Notes under the pieces: generated by a model | The model's input: the letters and a program-made list of their open reading frames with translations, nothing else | Databases searched by the model: none | Told to the model about the DNA's origin: nothing | Shown here: positions 12,246 to 25,129 of the stretch, in pieces | Layout: each line of letters starts with the position of its first letter | Position numbering within the stretch: position 1 is the stretch's first letter | Assembly: GCA_964187785.1 (NCBI GenBank) | Contig: OZ076409.1 | Coordinates: 97,216,001 to 97,280,000 of the forward strand | Source of the DNA: Amphiscolops sp. MND2022 | Taxonomy: Eukaryota | Reading direction: 5' to 3' | Length of the DNA: 64,000 nt | Translations under genes and position numbers: made by a program

Positions 12246-12689
12246 AACAAGCCGGGACCGGCCCTGTCTAAGGCTCAAAAATAGCAAAAAGACTTCAAAG
12301 TGTCAAAGTATTCTCTTCTACAGTACCCGGAAAACCCAAAAGTTGAACCGAATTGGCGCGCCAAAGAGGGACGCTTTGAGATTTTTTATGCATTCTGTCG
12401 CAAATCATCAAAAAATGAAGGGGGTCACTTGGGTGATTTTTTTAAATTCCTCCCTTTCAGTTTTTTCTTCAAAGGATCCCCTTCAATTTTTTTGGAGTTT
12501 TGCGACAAAATGGATGTTGAGAATACCCAAAGGGCCCTCCTTTACCCCTTTCAGTTTTTCTCGGCATTGTGAGACTTTTTTCAAAAAATTTTTCGGGTAC
12601 TAAAGAAGCGAATATTTTGACACTTTGAAGTCCTTTTGCTATTTTTGAGCCTTAGATATGGAGCCGAATTGGGCCGGTCCCGGCTTGTT
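12246..12689. mobile_element. HINE-like element with two outward-facing 3' ends (quasi-palindromic, MITE-like)
   Basis: aacaagccgggaccggccc...aaggctcaaaaatagcaaaaagacttcaaagtgtcaaa at the left end and its reverse complement at the right end. Confidence 0.7.
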
Positions 12690-12894
12690 TTACTAAATTA
12701 CAGCTAAGTGGTAGCTTAGAATTATACAACTGCTTATAGAAATTAGTCTGTCAGTTGGCTGGACTTGAAAACAGTCACTGCTATAGTCGGGTCTTCGTTT
12801 TTTAAGATTCTCTTTTTTAAATTTACCATCCCATTTATGAAATTGGGGCTGAAAATCATGAAGACTATTTGACGACGTTGAGAAGTGCTTTCAG

Positions 12895-13083
12895 CAACTG
12901 GCCAGCGAGAATCTGGCGGATGTGCCCAAAACTCTGTACGAGCCAGAGTTGCTGAAGTTGATGGAGGAACTGGAGAAGTCACGTGACTGGACAGAGAAGT
13001 TCGTGAAGAGGGAGAGTGAGTTGATCCAGCCCAACCCCGCACTCAGGGCTGAGTCATTCTTCAACGAGGCATTCGACATAAAG
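12895..13083 (+). CDS. Endophilin-B-like N-BAR protein, coding exon (63 aa)
   Basis: ctttcag|CAA...AAG|gtaagc. QLASENLADVPKTLYEPELLKLMEELEKSRDWTEKFVKRESELIQPNPALRAESFFNEAFDIK aligns with endophilin B1 (FTEEKLGQAEKTELD...WTEKIMKQTEVLLQPNPNARIEEFVYEKLDRK). Confidence 0.85.
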
Positions 13084-13095
13084 GTAAGCAAGCTT

Positions 13096-15190
13096 ATACA
13101 GTGATTTTAAATCTTATTCTATCAGAAAAATGAATAAAGGTCGTTTCCTGGCCAAAAGACTGTGATTTTAGATCTTATTCTATCAGAAAAATGATTATAG
13201 GCTGTTTCCCACGAGAATACAGTGATTTTAGGCCTTACTCCATCAAAAAATGTTAAAAATTGGAATATTTGCATAGGATTGCTGTGCAGAGTCGATTTAT
13301 GTAGTATCGAAAAGTGAGCAAAACTATCTAGGATCCAATTCTGACTTGATTTTATCTAGAATCGAAAGAAGTGAAAATTTCATTCATATTATACCATTGC
13401 TATAATGCCCTGAAAGTTCGATCCTAAATAATTCGACCCTGGAAATTACAGTTGCAAAATTCCATTCTAAATAATTCGACTCCGGGGAGGCAACTCTTAG
13501 CAAGCATATACAGTGATTTTAGGCCTTACTCCATCAAAAAATGTTAAAAATTGGAATATTTGCATAGGATTGCTGTGCAGAGTCGATTTATGTAGTATCG
13601 AAAAGTGAGCAAAACTATCTAGGATCCAATTCTGACTTGATTTTATCTAGAATCGAAAGAAGTGAAAATTTCATTCATATTATACGATTGCTATAATGCC
13701 CTGTAAAGTTCGATCCTAAATAATTCGACCCTGGAAATTACAGTTGCAAAATTCCATTCTAAATAATTCGACTCCGGGGAGGCAACTCTTAGCAAGCATA
13801 TACAGTGATTTTAGGCCTTACTCCATCAAAAAATGTTAAAAATTGGAATATTTGCATAGGATTGCTGTGCAGAGTCGATTTATGTAGTATCGAAAAGTGA
13901 GCAAAACTATCTAGGATCCAATTCTGACTTGATTTTATCTAGAATCGAAAGAAGTGAAAATTTCATTCATATTATACGATTGCTATAATGCCCTGTAAAG
14001 TTCGATCCTAAATAATTCGACCCTGGAAATTACAGTTGCAAAATTCCATTCTAAATAATTCGACTCCGGGGAGGCAACTCTTAGCAAGCATATACAGTGA
14101 TTTTAGGCCTTACTCCATCAAAAAATGTTAAAAATTGGAATATTTGCATAGGATTGCTGTGCAGAGTCGATTTATGTAGTATCGAAAAGTGAGCAAAACT
14201 ATCTAGGATCCAATTCTGACTTGATTTTATCTAGAATCGAAAGAAGTGAAAATTTCATTCATATTATACCATTGCTATAATGCCCTGAAAGTTCGATCCT
14301 AAATAATTCGACCCTGGAAATTACAGTTGCAAAATTCCATTCTAAATAATTCGACTCCGGGGAGGCAACTCTTAGCAAGCATATACAGTGATTTTAGGCC
14401 TTACTCCATCAAAAAATGTTAAAAATTGGAATATTTGCATAGGATTGCTGTGCAGAGTCGATTTATGTAGTATCGAAAAGTGAGCAAAACTATCTAGGAT
14501 CCAATTCTGACTTGATTTTATCTAGAATCGAAAGAAGTGAAAATTTCATTCATATTATACGATTGCTATAATGCCCTGTAAAGTTCGATCCTAAATAATT
14601 CGACCCTGGAAATTACAGTTGCAAAATTCCATTCTAAATAATTCGACTCCGGGGAGGCAACTCTTAGCAAGCATATACAGTGATTTTAGGCCTTACTCCA
14701 TCAAAAAATGTTAAAAATTGGAATATTTGCATAGGATTGCTGTGCAGAGTCGATTTATGTAGTATCGAAAAGTGAGCAAAATTATTTAGGATCCAATTCT
14801 GACTTGATTTTATCTAGGATCGAAAGAAGTGAAAATTTCATTCATATTATACGATTGCTATAATGCCCTGTAAAGTTCAATCCTAAATAATTCGACCCTG
14901 GAAATTACAGTTGCAAAATTCCATTCTAAATAATTCGACTCCGGGAGGCAACTCTTAGCAAGTATACACAGTGATTTTACATCAGTCTATCACAAAAATG
15001 ATTCAAGGCTTTTCCCACCAAAATACAGTGATTCTAGACCTTATTCCATGAAAATACAGTGATTCTAGACCTTATTCCATGAAAATACAGTGATTTTAGG
15101 CTTAATTCCATCAAAAGAAAGTGTTTTTAGGAATTCTATCAGAAGAACAATTTTGGGCCTTATTCCACCAAAATACAGTCATTTTAGATC
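13096..15190. repeat. Intronic satellite: six 291/292-bp units (13217-14965) embedded in a ~31/60-bp minisatellite
   Basis: Unit starts at 13217, 13508, 13800, 14092, 14383, 14675, with the end at 14966. 31-bp unit atacagtgattctagaccttattccatgaaa at 15023, 15054, 15085. Confidence 0.95.
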
Positions 15191-15843
15191 TGCGATCTTC
15201 CAAATCATGACCTAGAGGGTGGAATAATTTGAATCTTATGTTTTAGATCATATTCCCACTCCCATCTAGACCATTTTAATCTGAAATTCATAACAATCTA
15301 ACCAAAATTTGATACATTATACCTACCAGCGGCTTCAGAAAACGCAATGCCAAAAATCTTCTTTATGCTACGCGGGTAAATAACCCCTGAAATAATTGTT
15401 CAGAACCAGAAAAAATACGCATTTGAACTGAACAAGCAAAATTTTACTGACAAGCATGTTCGAGCGCGTGGTTTGATTATTCAAAACCCGTTTTAGAATT
15501 TTTGAAATATTTTCCAGCGGTGGAAACGAAATTGGCAGCCCCAAAGTGTCTCCACTGGTGGCCACCGGTGATTTGCGGTGCTAGTACGAGTACTCAATTG
15601 TCAAAATGTCATGTCCAATGATCCGTTTTTGTTGCTTCACACTTATAATCTTTGATAGTTTTACTCTAAATTAGTCTCCAAATTTGACCAATGGGGAGTT
15701 CCAGCGTCTCTTAAATACTTAGCTCCAAACCGATCCAGATAGAATCCAAACACGTCTGAGTTTGTAAGCTCTGCAAAGTCAGAACCGTAACTTTTCCATA
15801 TATCTTGAGACCAATAAAAGATTTGTTGTGCAAATTGCTACAA

Positions 15844-16286
15844 TTTTTAGTCGGCGCTTCATGAAGTGAAACGCGACTATTATAGTGACTCTTTTTTTCA
15901 ATCAACACGAACTGACCAAAATAGTTCCACAAAGTTCTACGAAATTTTATGGTGTCAAATTGAACCGTTTGACCTAGAGAACTGAACCAAAAAGGTTTTT
16001 CCGCGTAACATACAATACCAGGCGAGAATAAAGGGTTCCCCTTTCAGTTGTTTGGCTTTGTGAGACTTTTTTCGAAGTTTTTTAAATGACTTCATAGCCT
16101 CCTTCATTTTTTGACGTTTCTGCGACAGAAATGTTGAAAGATCCCAAAGGGTCGCCCTTTTAGCGCGCCAGTTCTGTCCAACTTTTAGGTTTTTCGGGTA
16201 CTGTAAAAAATATTTGAAACTTTGAAGTAATTTTGCTATTTTTGAGCCTTAGATATGGCGCCAACTTATGCCGTTCCCGGCTTGTT
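15844..16286 (+). mobile_element. HINE-like element
   Basis: 5' tttttagtcggcgcttcatgaagtgaaacgcgact. 3' gcgccaact + gccg-ttcc-cggc + ttgtt. Confidence 0.65.
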
Positions 16287-17433
16287 TATTCTTCAAACTG
16301 AGAAAAGTGTTCTTTTAATTTCAATGTATTTTTCGTTTTTCGTCAGTATTTTGAGACTGAACCGAATAAATTCAGATTATCCATTGCCAGCCAGTTGAAA
16401 AACATTTTTCTTTATACTGAAAATTAATGTGAATTATAGGGAGCATTTTTTGGTCCATCGTCGGCTCTATAAAACTAGCATGTACGGCGGAAATTGCATC
16501 AGATCAAAATCTCTCAAGTTAATTTCCCCCAAGTTCAAACCTCCTACGTTTATATCTCCTTGTTTAACATTTCCTAAGTTAGGAAAGAAACGTTATTGGT
16601 ATGTGAACGTAGTTAATCGTGTTCTAAATGCAGAAGCAAAGCGAATCCGAGCGATCTGCCATATCTTAAACAACGGCTGATTTTGACGAAAACCTACCTG
16701 GAACAAGAATGCTGAGTGATACAACCAATGTTCTAATTTCATTTTAATCAGCTGATATAACCTAGTAGGTTATAACTTGGGAGATTTGATTTTAATTTCG
16801 AAAGTTTTGTCATGTCAACTAAAAATGAAAAGACTATAAAATGTATGACCATAAAATAGTTTTCTCAATCTTACTGATTAATTCAATGTATTTTTTCGAT
16901 TGAGCTTTAAACACGGCTTCTCTTGTTCATGAATTTGATCGAAAAAAACTGCGTAAACTTCTGTGGTAGCTTACGGTTTCTTTTTTCAAAAACCGAAGCT
17001 TTGAAAACTGTGTTTGTTTTTATTTATGGAGTGTTTTAAGATTTCCCCAACACTGTATGTATTCTTCCTTCATGATGAGACACCCACAATGAGAGTTTTG
17101 ACACCGTTAATTAGCGATTTAGCCAATTAGCAGTAGCGCAGGAATTTTTCAGCTATTTCAGCAGCGATTCAAATTAGCAGTAACTAATGGAATGTCCAAA
17201 ATTATGAAATTCCTATACGAGGTTTCAAGATGAATTTCAAACATTAGGTTATCATTAAACTTTGAAAGATAGTGAAGCCAAACATTTAGAAGTTTGGAGA
17301 AAATTCTTTCAGCGAAACAACTCTTTTTAAATTAGCTGTTCACCGATTAACGAGAAATATTGGCGATGTCAAAACCTTGCCCACAAAGCTCTACGTTTTC
17401 AATTTGTACCAATTTGTTTTTTGTTGTTATCAG

Positions 17434-17527
17434 AACCCTGAGAAGATGACCAACAGTGAAACATTTGGAATGTGTTTGCAAGATGCAGCCCATGACATCG
17501 ATGGAGCGACCACAAACTACACTAAAG
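17434..17527 (+). CDS. Endophilin-B-like gene, coding exon (31 aa + 1 nt)
   Basis: ttatcag|AAC. NPEKMTNSETFGMCLQDAAHDIDGATTNYTK resembles APSRINNPELLGQYMIDAGTEFGPGTAYGN. The best in-frame donor is AAG|GC (non-canonical). Confidence 0.7.
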
Positions 17528-19269
17528 GCACTGATACGCACTTAGCCGTTATTACTCAACGCTTTTCTTCCAACATGTTCGACTTTTTCCAAAATTTTGT
17601 CCAACCCCGAAAGTCCTCCTGTCATTTTTTGATACTTTCAGTTACGAAAAGTCTTTGTAAACCAGTAAGGTCCAGCTGTGTATATTTTTTGGCTATGAGA
17701 AAAACTATTTTGGAGCGTTTTCTTGAAAAATTTTTCAACAAATTTGACACTGGCGCGGGCGGAGACTTCGGCTGTTCTTTTTAGGACTGCAAACCCGATG
17801 ACTTATTACGCATTTTTGGGTCAAATTGTTTGTCTTTCAGACGCACTGATTAGAAAAACTAGTTTTGATTTCCAAAAATGTAGTATTAGTGTAATCGTGA
17901 TAACACTTCGGTAAATTACTTTTCATAGTATCAAAGTTGGGTTCTTACCAATGCTTCAAAGATCTCGTGATTGATTAGATTGTTTCGTTTAATGTTACAG
18001 TAGAACAGTAGATTTCGCATAATTGTGCACCCCATAATCCACGAAAAAAGTGTGCAATTATGCGGAGTAAATGCGTTACATGTAATAGACAAGATGGGAC
18101 TCGAAAATTGTGTGCAATTAAGCAGGCAGAGTGGGCAATTTCACCGTGCGTAATTACACGGTGTCTACTGTTTTTGAAAAATTATGCGCGTACTTTCTAA
18201 TTAATCAAGGCATCTTTTTGGCACTTGTCAAGCCTAGATGAAAATGCTCGAAACGTTTACATGCTTTTACAGGTTGCCATGCAAATTGATTACGCTTTTA
18301 CAAGGTACTTAGTTAAGTTTTGATGCTCACAATTTCCATTAATTTTAAAGAATTTATAAGGATTTCTGTACAACTTGGTGGGCTTTCAGAGGAACATCAA
18401 GGGAATTGAAGACAAATTTCCAGGGAAGTTTTGTATGTTTTCGCAGAAAAAGCCTCGATTTTTGTGAGCACAGACAATACAATGAGACGTAAACAAATAG
18501 TCTTCGAGTGCCAGTGTTGCACACAAATTTGTAAAATGGGAACTTGAGTCACTTCTTCTGACTGTATTTAATTGTTACATACTAGTTACAAAATTTAAGC
18601 TTCTTTCTCGAATGGTTTGGCCAATTCCAATTAAACTCAATGTATGGAACTTTTTCCTTCCCCCCCTCACACTTTTCAAGATGATGTTTTTGCAATTAAT
18701 TATATCTCAATTGCGTTTCCAATGAAACAGTTCAGTTTTAAATTTATTCTCATGGTGATAGTTTAGGATTCAGATACGAACTTTGTTCACACTTTTTCCC
18801 TATGTAGTTACGCATTTTTGATGAAGAAATCAACAGCTTCCTGTTTTGAGTCATCAATAAACACTGAATACGAACATAATTAGTCAAATTGTGTGAACAA
18901 TGTTCTGTTCAAGCGGAAAACTACTCTAATAGTGTGGAGACAACAAAAGAAAGGAAAGGACTTATTCGAAGAAATATTGAATGATATAGTCAAATATAAT
19001 CCTTTGTTTTGTTGTTTGTTTTCTTTAAAAAGTGTGGGTAGGGAAAAGAAAAAGAGCCCAATGTATTCTGCTATAAAAGGAAAAGAAAAAGAGCCCAATG
19101 TATTCTGCTATAATACGTATTCATTCTTATTATTATCCCCCATACTTTATGAGGGAGGAAAATTATAATCTGTTTTGCGTTTTTTTCCAAATTTTGCCAA
19201 ATCTCCACTTTTTACGCCACTGTTCATTCATGCAGAAACCATGTTCATTCTTGCGGAAAATATTTCGTT

Positions 19270-20014
19270 CTACTAAGGAGGAAGCGGAGGCTCGAATTTA
19301 ATGCGCTTTATCCGATTTTTGACATTATATCCGAACTATATTGCGTTTTACTAAGGAGGAGGCGGATGTTCGAAAAAGCCCTCGCATTTGAAGGCGGAAA
19401 TATCCCGCTGCACAGCGGGCGTCTTGTTCTGCAGTTCGTCTTTAATGCTGTTCGGCTATAATTGATACCACCCTGTTTTAAGTCGGCGAATTTCAGTAGA
19501 AAATGAGCCCGACTCTTACAGTAGGTAGTTTTTTAAACGCGTACGGTCCACTTGTTTGTTCATTTGTTCAACAACTTGGTGAACTATGGAGGTTCAATGC
19601 ACTAAACCTCAGAACCTCGCCTACACAAAAAGAAACAAAACCACGTTCACAACCTCGAAAACACATCTTAGCTATCTAGGTGTTTTTCACTTTTTTTCGT
19701 CATTATGAGACTTTTTTGAAATTTTTTGGACTGCACCAAAGGGTCCCCCTTTGTTTGTTCCGATATTTTGCAACACAATGGATGTCAAAAAATCGCAAAA
19801 GGTCCCCCTTTTGCATTTTCCGGCCCTGTGACACTGTTCAAAAATCTCATTTAAAAAATTCTTTTCTGAATTTTTTTTAAAAATCTCCCAAGGGTCCCTC
19901 CTTCATTTTTTTTCATATTTCGTAACCAACTGGAGTTTCACAAAGCTTAACGGCCCCGCTTTTACAATTTTGAGCCTTAGATATAGCGCCGACATTGGCC
20001 GTTCCCGGCTTGTT
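19270..20014 (+). mobile_element. Two tandem HINE-like elements (3' ends at 19428 and 20014)
   Basis: Hairpin cccgctg-ca-cagcggg + cgtcttgtt (19404-19428). New 5' end tttaagtcggcg...cccgact at ~19478. 3' end gcgccgaca + gccg-ttcc-cggc + ttgtt at 20014. Confidence 0.6.
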
Positions 20015-20058
20015 CAATGCTTTCGACGAACCTGCTAAGTGCAGTATACTGCGGAAAG

Positions 20059-20297
20059 GTCTAAAGGTTTTCGGGTCTGCGGAACGACATTTGGGCACGG
20101 CAGAGAGGAAGTTTGCGCGGGAAGTGCTATCCAATTGCATCACCCCCATGAAGCAGTTTCTGGCCGAGGACATGAAGACGGCGTTCAAGGAGAAAAGTCA
20201 TCTGGACACTCTCCGGTTAGATCTGGATGTGGCCAAAGGAAAGGTGAACAGAGCCAAAACTCCACAGGATAAAGAGAAGGCTGAGAAAGTTCTAGAC
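20059..20297 (+). CDS. Endophilin-B-like gene, coding exon
   Basis: GLKVFGSAERHLGTAERKFAREVLSNCITPMKQFLAEDMKTAFKEKSHLDTLRLDLDVAKGKVNRAKTPQDKEKAEKVLD aligns with ALIKCGETQKRIGTADR...FLTPLRNFIEGDYKTIAKERKLLQNKRLDLDAAK. Donor GAC|gtaaga. The 5' boundary is less certain. Confidence 0.85.
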
Positions 20298-20379
20298 GTA
20301 AGAACGCCTCCAAACTTCTCTTTGAGAACCAGAATTCGAATACTGACTTAAAGCTGTGTAAACTATAAAAGTAGGAAAA

Positions 20380-23300
20380 GTGAAGGGGGACCACTGGCAC
20401 GCTTGTGGCCTGTCCGACCAACTAGTCCAGCGTAATCTTTGATAAGACTGGATGAGAATTCCCGTTAAGCTTCCACCATTCGACTGGGTTATTATTCGAT
20501 GAACATTGAAGCATTTTTGCTTTGATTGCCGAAATTGGAATCTTTTGATAGAAACTCGTTTTTGTGGGTTGGGTGCACATACAGCTCCACAATCGGATAT
20601 CTTCGGAAAGCATCACGAAGAGAACTTAAAACAGAATTTATCCAGGAAATATCTCAATCAAGTTTGCGAAAAAAATCAAGATTTTTTCTTGGATCAAAAG
20701 TACTTGAAAGGTTTGTCATAATTGAGGCCCTATCATATTATGATTCCAATTTGTGCTTACAATTATTCAGTGCAACTTTCATGCCATCAAAATTAGTATT
20801 TGTCAGGAATTGATTGATGTTGCCCAAAAGAAAATCATAAATGAGATTCAGAGTTATATGACTAGAGTAACTTGCCCAACTAGTAGCAACCTTGAACATC
20901 TTCAGACAATCCATAAGACTTTTTATTTTTTTGCCATTCTTCTACGTCAAGGATAAGCTGGTTCCATTTGTTGTCAAAAGCTTGCGAATCGAAGCTCTCT
21001 TTGTAATCATAAGCTCTACTCAACCTTTCTTATGTAGAATGCAAGGCTGGGTAGAAATTAATGGTGAAAAAATTGAGTGACCAAAATTAATGGAAATTAA
21101 GTGATTTTTGTTTTATGCTAAGGGCGATTACTGGATGGAGAAGTTAGCAATTAATTACCATTTTTTCCATAGTCGTCGTGGTTACACGCTGTATTGCAAA
21201 CTGCGTTCACACGGCGGCGTGCGGAGAATCCGTGCCGCGTAACAAGTAAGCAGCCAATAGGATTTCGTCTGACACTGTGGCTCACTGTCAGGATTTCACA
21301 TTTATTAAATGCATTATTAATGCATATCGACATTCATTAAATTTTAATGAACAAACAATTTATTCATATTTGCAAATATTGCAAGTAATGTACGAATTAC
21401 TGCATCATATAATAACTGATTATTCTTCAACATTTTCTGAAAAGCTTCAACTGTCAAAACATTTTGTTCATAGCCAAAAACCTTTACCAGCCTTGCGTTT
21501 GAAAAAATGCTGCATATTTTCTATATTTCTAGGAGCCATTGTGTATATTTGTACATTTTATTCAAAAGCGAGGTGAACGAAATTTACTAGAAAAACTAGT
21601 CACACACATACACTGGCTAAATTAGGTACGTTCAATTTGTGTTGATGGGGGAGTACTATTGGGTAGGGTATAGAACAGCACGGTATTGAATACCACACTT
21701 CCGCCAGCCGACGCACTGCTCGCATATTTGCTTCTTATACTTGCTTCGCTTGCTTCGACTAGTTTCGCAACGTTGGACTGAGGCAATTAACGTCAGTAAC
21801 TGTGTGCATCATTTGCTAACAAAACAATTAAAAATATTGTAGTTTACTGATTTAGTTTGGTCTCTTCTAAACTGTGCGGTACGCATACAGAGGCCGCAAT
21901 CTTTCGGCATCTGAACACTATGAATTCCTCGAATACGTTCTCGGGTTATACGAGAAGTCACTCGACAATGTTGTTTGTCTTGAGTAGGACAATTGCGAGG
22001 TTAACAAGGCATTATCTGCATTGTGTAAAAATCCAATGGTAGGTTGCGCTTCGCACCGTTTCAACCTTGCTGTCACTGAGTACCTTGCTAAATATTCCAA
22101 CATCTGGCAGAAATTGAATTTACTCATGAGAAAATTGAAAAACCTCAAATTATCTGCTAAGCTGCGACGATTTACTGACAAGCGCCTTTTGCAGATGAAT
22201 GCTACACGGTGGAGCAGTAAATATGCAATGATTCATCGTTACAACGACTCAAGACTAATTTTGGAAACTCATTTCGCCCGAGAGTCGACGCTTGTTGATT
22301 CATTTCTGACAGTCAGAGATAATCAGGATATTCATGCCGTACCAGGAAACTTTTAAATTCCGTTACTTTAGCCTTGCAGCGCGAGTCGACCGATCTTGCT
22401 TTTGTATGTTTATTATTTGACAAGATTGTCACGCGTATTCCCGACTTCAACGGACAACAGCAAAGATATTTGCTGCCAAACTCACCAATAGTGAAATATC
22501 CAGACTTCGAGTCAGGTGTAGTGAAAATTATTGACAAAGCTAATGATTCACTGACGAAGGACGAAGAGTTTGCGTGCAGACAACTACTTTTGAAAGAAGA
22601 TGTAGAAGGCAGTCTCGCGGTCATTACTTCAACCGGGGACTTCGCATAGGGACGAATTTGAGAGGAAACGGCAGCGAATGCAAGTAACCAACAAATACAT
22701 AGACTGCACGTTTATTGAGCCTTCCTCTAAGCGCTTGGAGCGTCTATTCAGCACAGCTGGTTATTGTTTCAACGGTTTACGGCAATCTCTTACCCCGGTT
22801 CATTTCGAAGAGCAGCTATTCCTGGAGATGAACCATCAGTTCTGGGACTCTGGTACTGTTAATGACGCCATGGCAAAGTCATCAAATGGCAAATAATTTT
22901 CCATTAATTGCCATGATTGATTTTGGTTCAGTAATAATTGCCATTACTTGATTTTTGTTTATAATTAACTTCCCTTTAATTACAAATAATTTTTACCCAG
23001 CCCTGGTAGAATGTGCATACATAATTCAGTAATTATGCACACATCAATAATTGGAACAATGGGGGTCAAATTGGCAGTAGCACATGCTTTGAACTTTTGA
23101 GTTTGTTGGGTACTTTTTCGAACTTTACGAACAAAGCAAATAAATTTTTCAATGGGATAGCTTCGCAATCCTCCATTGAATTCGTCGTCTCTGATATCGA
23201 AATCATGTGAAAATGGACTTGCGGAGGCTTGAATGGGCGCAGCAACTGACCAGCAGCAAAATGAATTACGTGGGCAATGCAGCGTACATGCGCCCATTCA

Positions 23301-24649
23301 GTCTGGATGGGTAAAATATCACTTCGGGGTAGTTGCTCAAGCTCACGCATCATAGTGTCATTGTTTTTTGCGTTGTCAGTTGTTATATTTAACATTTTCT
23401 CTGGAAGTTTGAAATCCTTGAAACATTCGTATAATGCTATACCCAGACGTTCTCCAGAATGCTCACCTTCAATATCTTGAAAATGCAGTATTTGGCGCTC
23501 AATTTCCAACTGTGAGTCTATACAGTGGCATGTAATGCCCAAAAACGGAAGTTGGTTGCTGGAAGTCCGTGCGTCGACAAATATCGAATTTTTGGAAGCA
23601 TTGTTTGCAAGCAAATCAACTATCTCACTTTTCTTTTCAAGCTAAAAATTCTCCAATTCCTTGGTAACCATGTAACGGTTGGGAAATTTGGCATCTGTAC
23701 GCAAATATGTAACGAGATTTTTGAATTCGAGTCATTCAACATAACGAAACGATAAATGATTTTTAACAATCAATACTAAGACATAATGCATCAATCAGTC
23801 CACCTCCTTTGAAAATAAGGGTAACCGTTCCAACTTGTCACCAATTGAAAATCTTGTTTGGTTTGTAATTTCTGGATTCTCCATTTTTTTGTGCGACCCT
23901 TTAATGAGACGCAAAAATGCAGAAGTAACTGTTTTAAAGCTGGACGTTTTGCTGCATTAATTGCGTTTACGACTATCAAGCTCTTTGCCATCATGGATCT
24001 TGTCTGTTAATCCCCCACCAATTTTTATTTCTCCCAGTTAAGCGGCCAAGAGAAATTATCATTGAATGAATAGTAACAACCAATCAAATTGAAGTATTTT
24101 ATAACTCTAACTGCAACTGAAACTCATCGCTGATAGTGGTGGGGAATTAAAATTTCCGAGCATACTCTGTTGGGGAATTAACAGAAAAGATCCACCATCA
24201 TCATCTTTTTGGCGTTTAATTACGGTGCTATGTGCATATGATGCACTAGATTTATTCCTTGATTGCTTCAAAGTTGGAGATTCAGTAAGAACTTCCACCG
24301 AACAAGATGATTCACTATGGCTACAGTCAGTATACGCAGCCATTTTGAACGGAAAACAGCGCTTTAGTTTGATTTGATAAGGCAACAATGTAATTTGAAA
24401 TCAGAGATTTTATTGGATGAGATGTTTTGATTCACACTTAAGTCGATGTATTCCGCAGCAGGGAGTTCCGCTAATCAGTTAACAAGAGGCTTGTTTAAAA
24501 TTTCATGCCAAGCCATGAATTGGCTTGGCTTATTGAGCTATTAATCCGCTTGTTATAAGCTAAGATTGTTCGGCTCAGCTTGGCTCAGCTTGATTCGGCT
24601 TGAGCTTGGCTTAAAGCTGGTAAGCTGGCTTGGCTTATTTGCAACCTTA
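20380..24649 (-). mobile_element. Degenerate hAT (Ac-like) transposon, interrupted by a second hAT
   Basis: ORF 23066..23614 has VDARTS...FLGITCHCID...HSGE...TTDNAKNN...HVRCIAH. Dimerisation-domain remnant NPVEWWK...HPVLSKITLD*LVGQATSVP at ~20390-20500. Candidate end TAAGGTTGCAAATAAGCC with GGCT(T/C)AGC subterminal repeats at ~24560-24649. Other end not found. Confidence 0.75.
21042..23005 (+). mobile_element. hAT transposon with TIRs and 8-bp TSD; transposase disrupted
   Basis: TIRs CAAGGCTGGGTAGAAATTA / CAGGGCTGGGTAAAAATTA (rc). TSD GTAGAATG at 21034-21041 and 23006-23013. Motifs DNCEVNK, VGCASHRFNLAV, NATRWSS and PSSKRLERLFS are split by stops and frameshifts. Confidence 0.92.
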
Positions 24650-25129
24650 ATGCTAACCTCTTCAAATAATAACCTGAAAATAATCGCTGCAATGGAATTT
24701 TTTCGACGCTGTGAATACTTTGAAAATTTTCGACGCTTTGAATAGTCTTCAATTCTGATGGAACGTATGTCACTTGATCCCGCCTGCTTCAAGAAATTCA
24801 ATACATGTACACGCGCAGCATTTGTTAGTCGCTTTCACAATTTGCTTTTGCGCAAAAATGTTAGCGGAATCCGCTGTCTGAAGATTTCCTAACTTAAGTC
24901 ACGGTTCTGTGTGTCACCTACAATTCGGTGTGTCACCTAACTGAAGTCACTGAAAGTATGTGAAATGTTTCTTGCTCCATAAAATATGGGGGCCTTTTTA
25001 TAAAATTTTGCCTTGTTCTGGGCGCGAATTTCTGCTATTTTGGACAATGACATCAACAAATCAAAGTAATTTTTTGATATTATTGTCCTCTATATATTGT
25101 CCTCTATTTTGAATCTACAAGTTCATGAG

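Noticed and set aside
13217-14965. CRISPR-like array
   Set aside because: Pure tandem repeats without unique spacers, in a eukaryotic intron. The same applies to 25130-27543.
17528-17784. Long in-frame extension of the endophilin exon (ORF 17377..17784)
   Set aside because: The downstream part is the T-rich strand of a decayed HINE-like repeat (stop-poor by composition) and has no BAR homology.
17998-18170. Tc1/mariner-type MITE (cagtaga...tctactg)
   Set aside because: Only 7 bp of terminal match and TA on one flank only; too weak to call.
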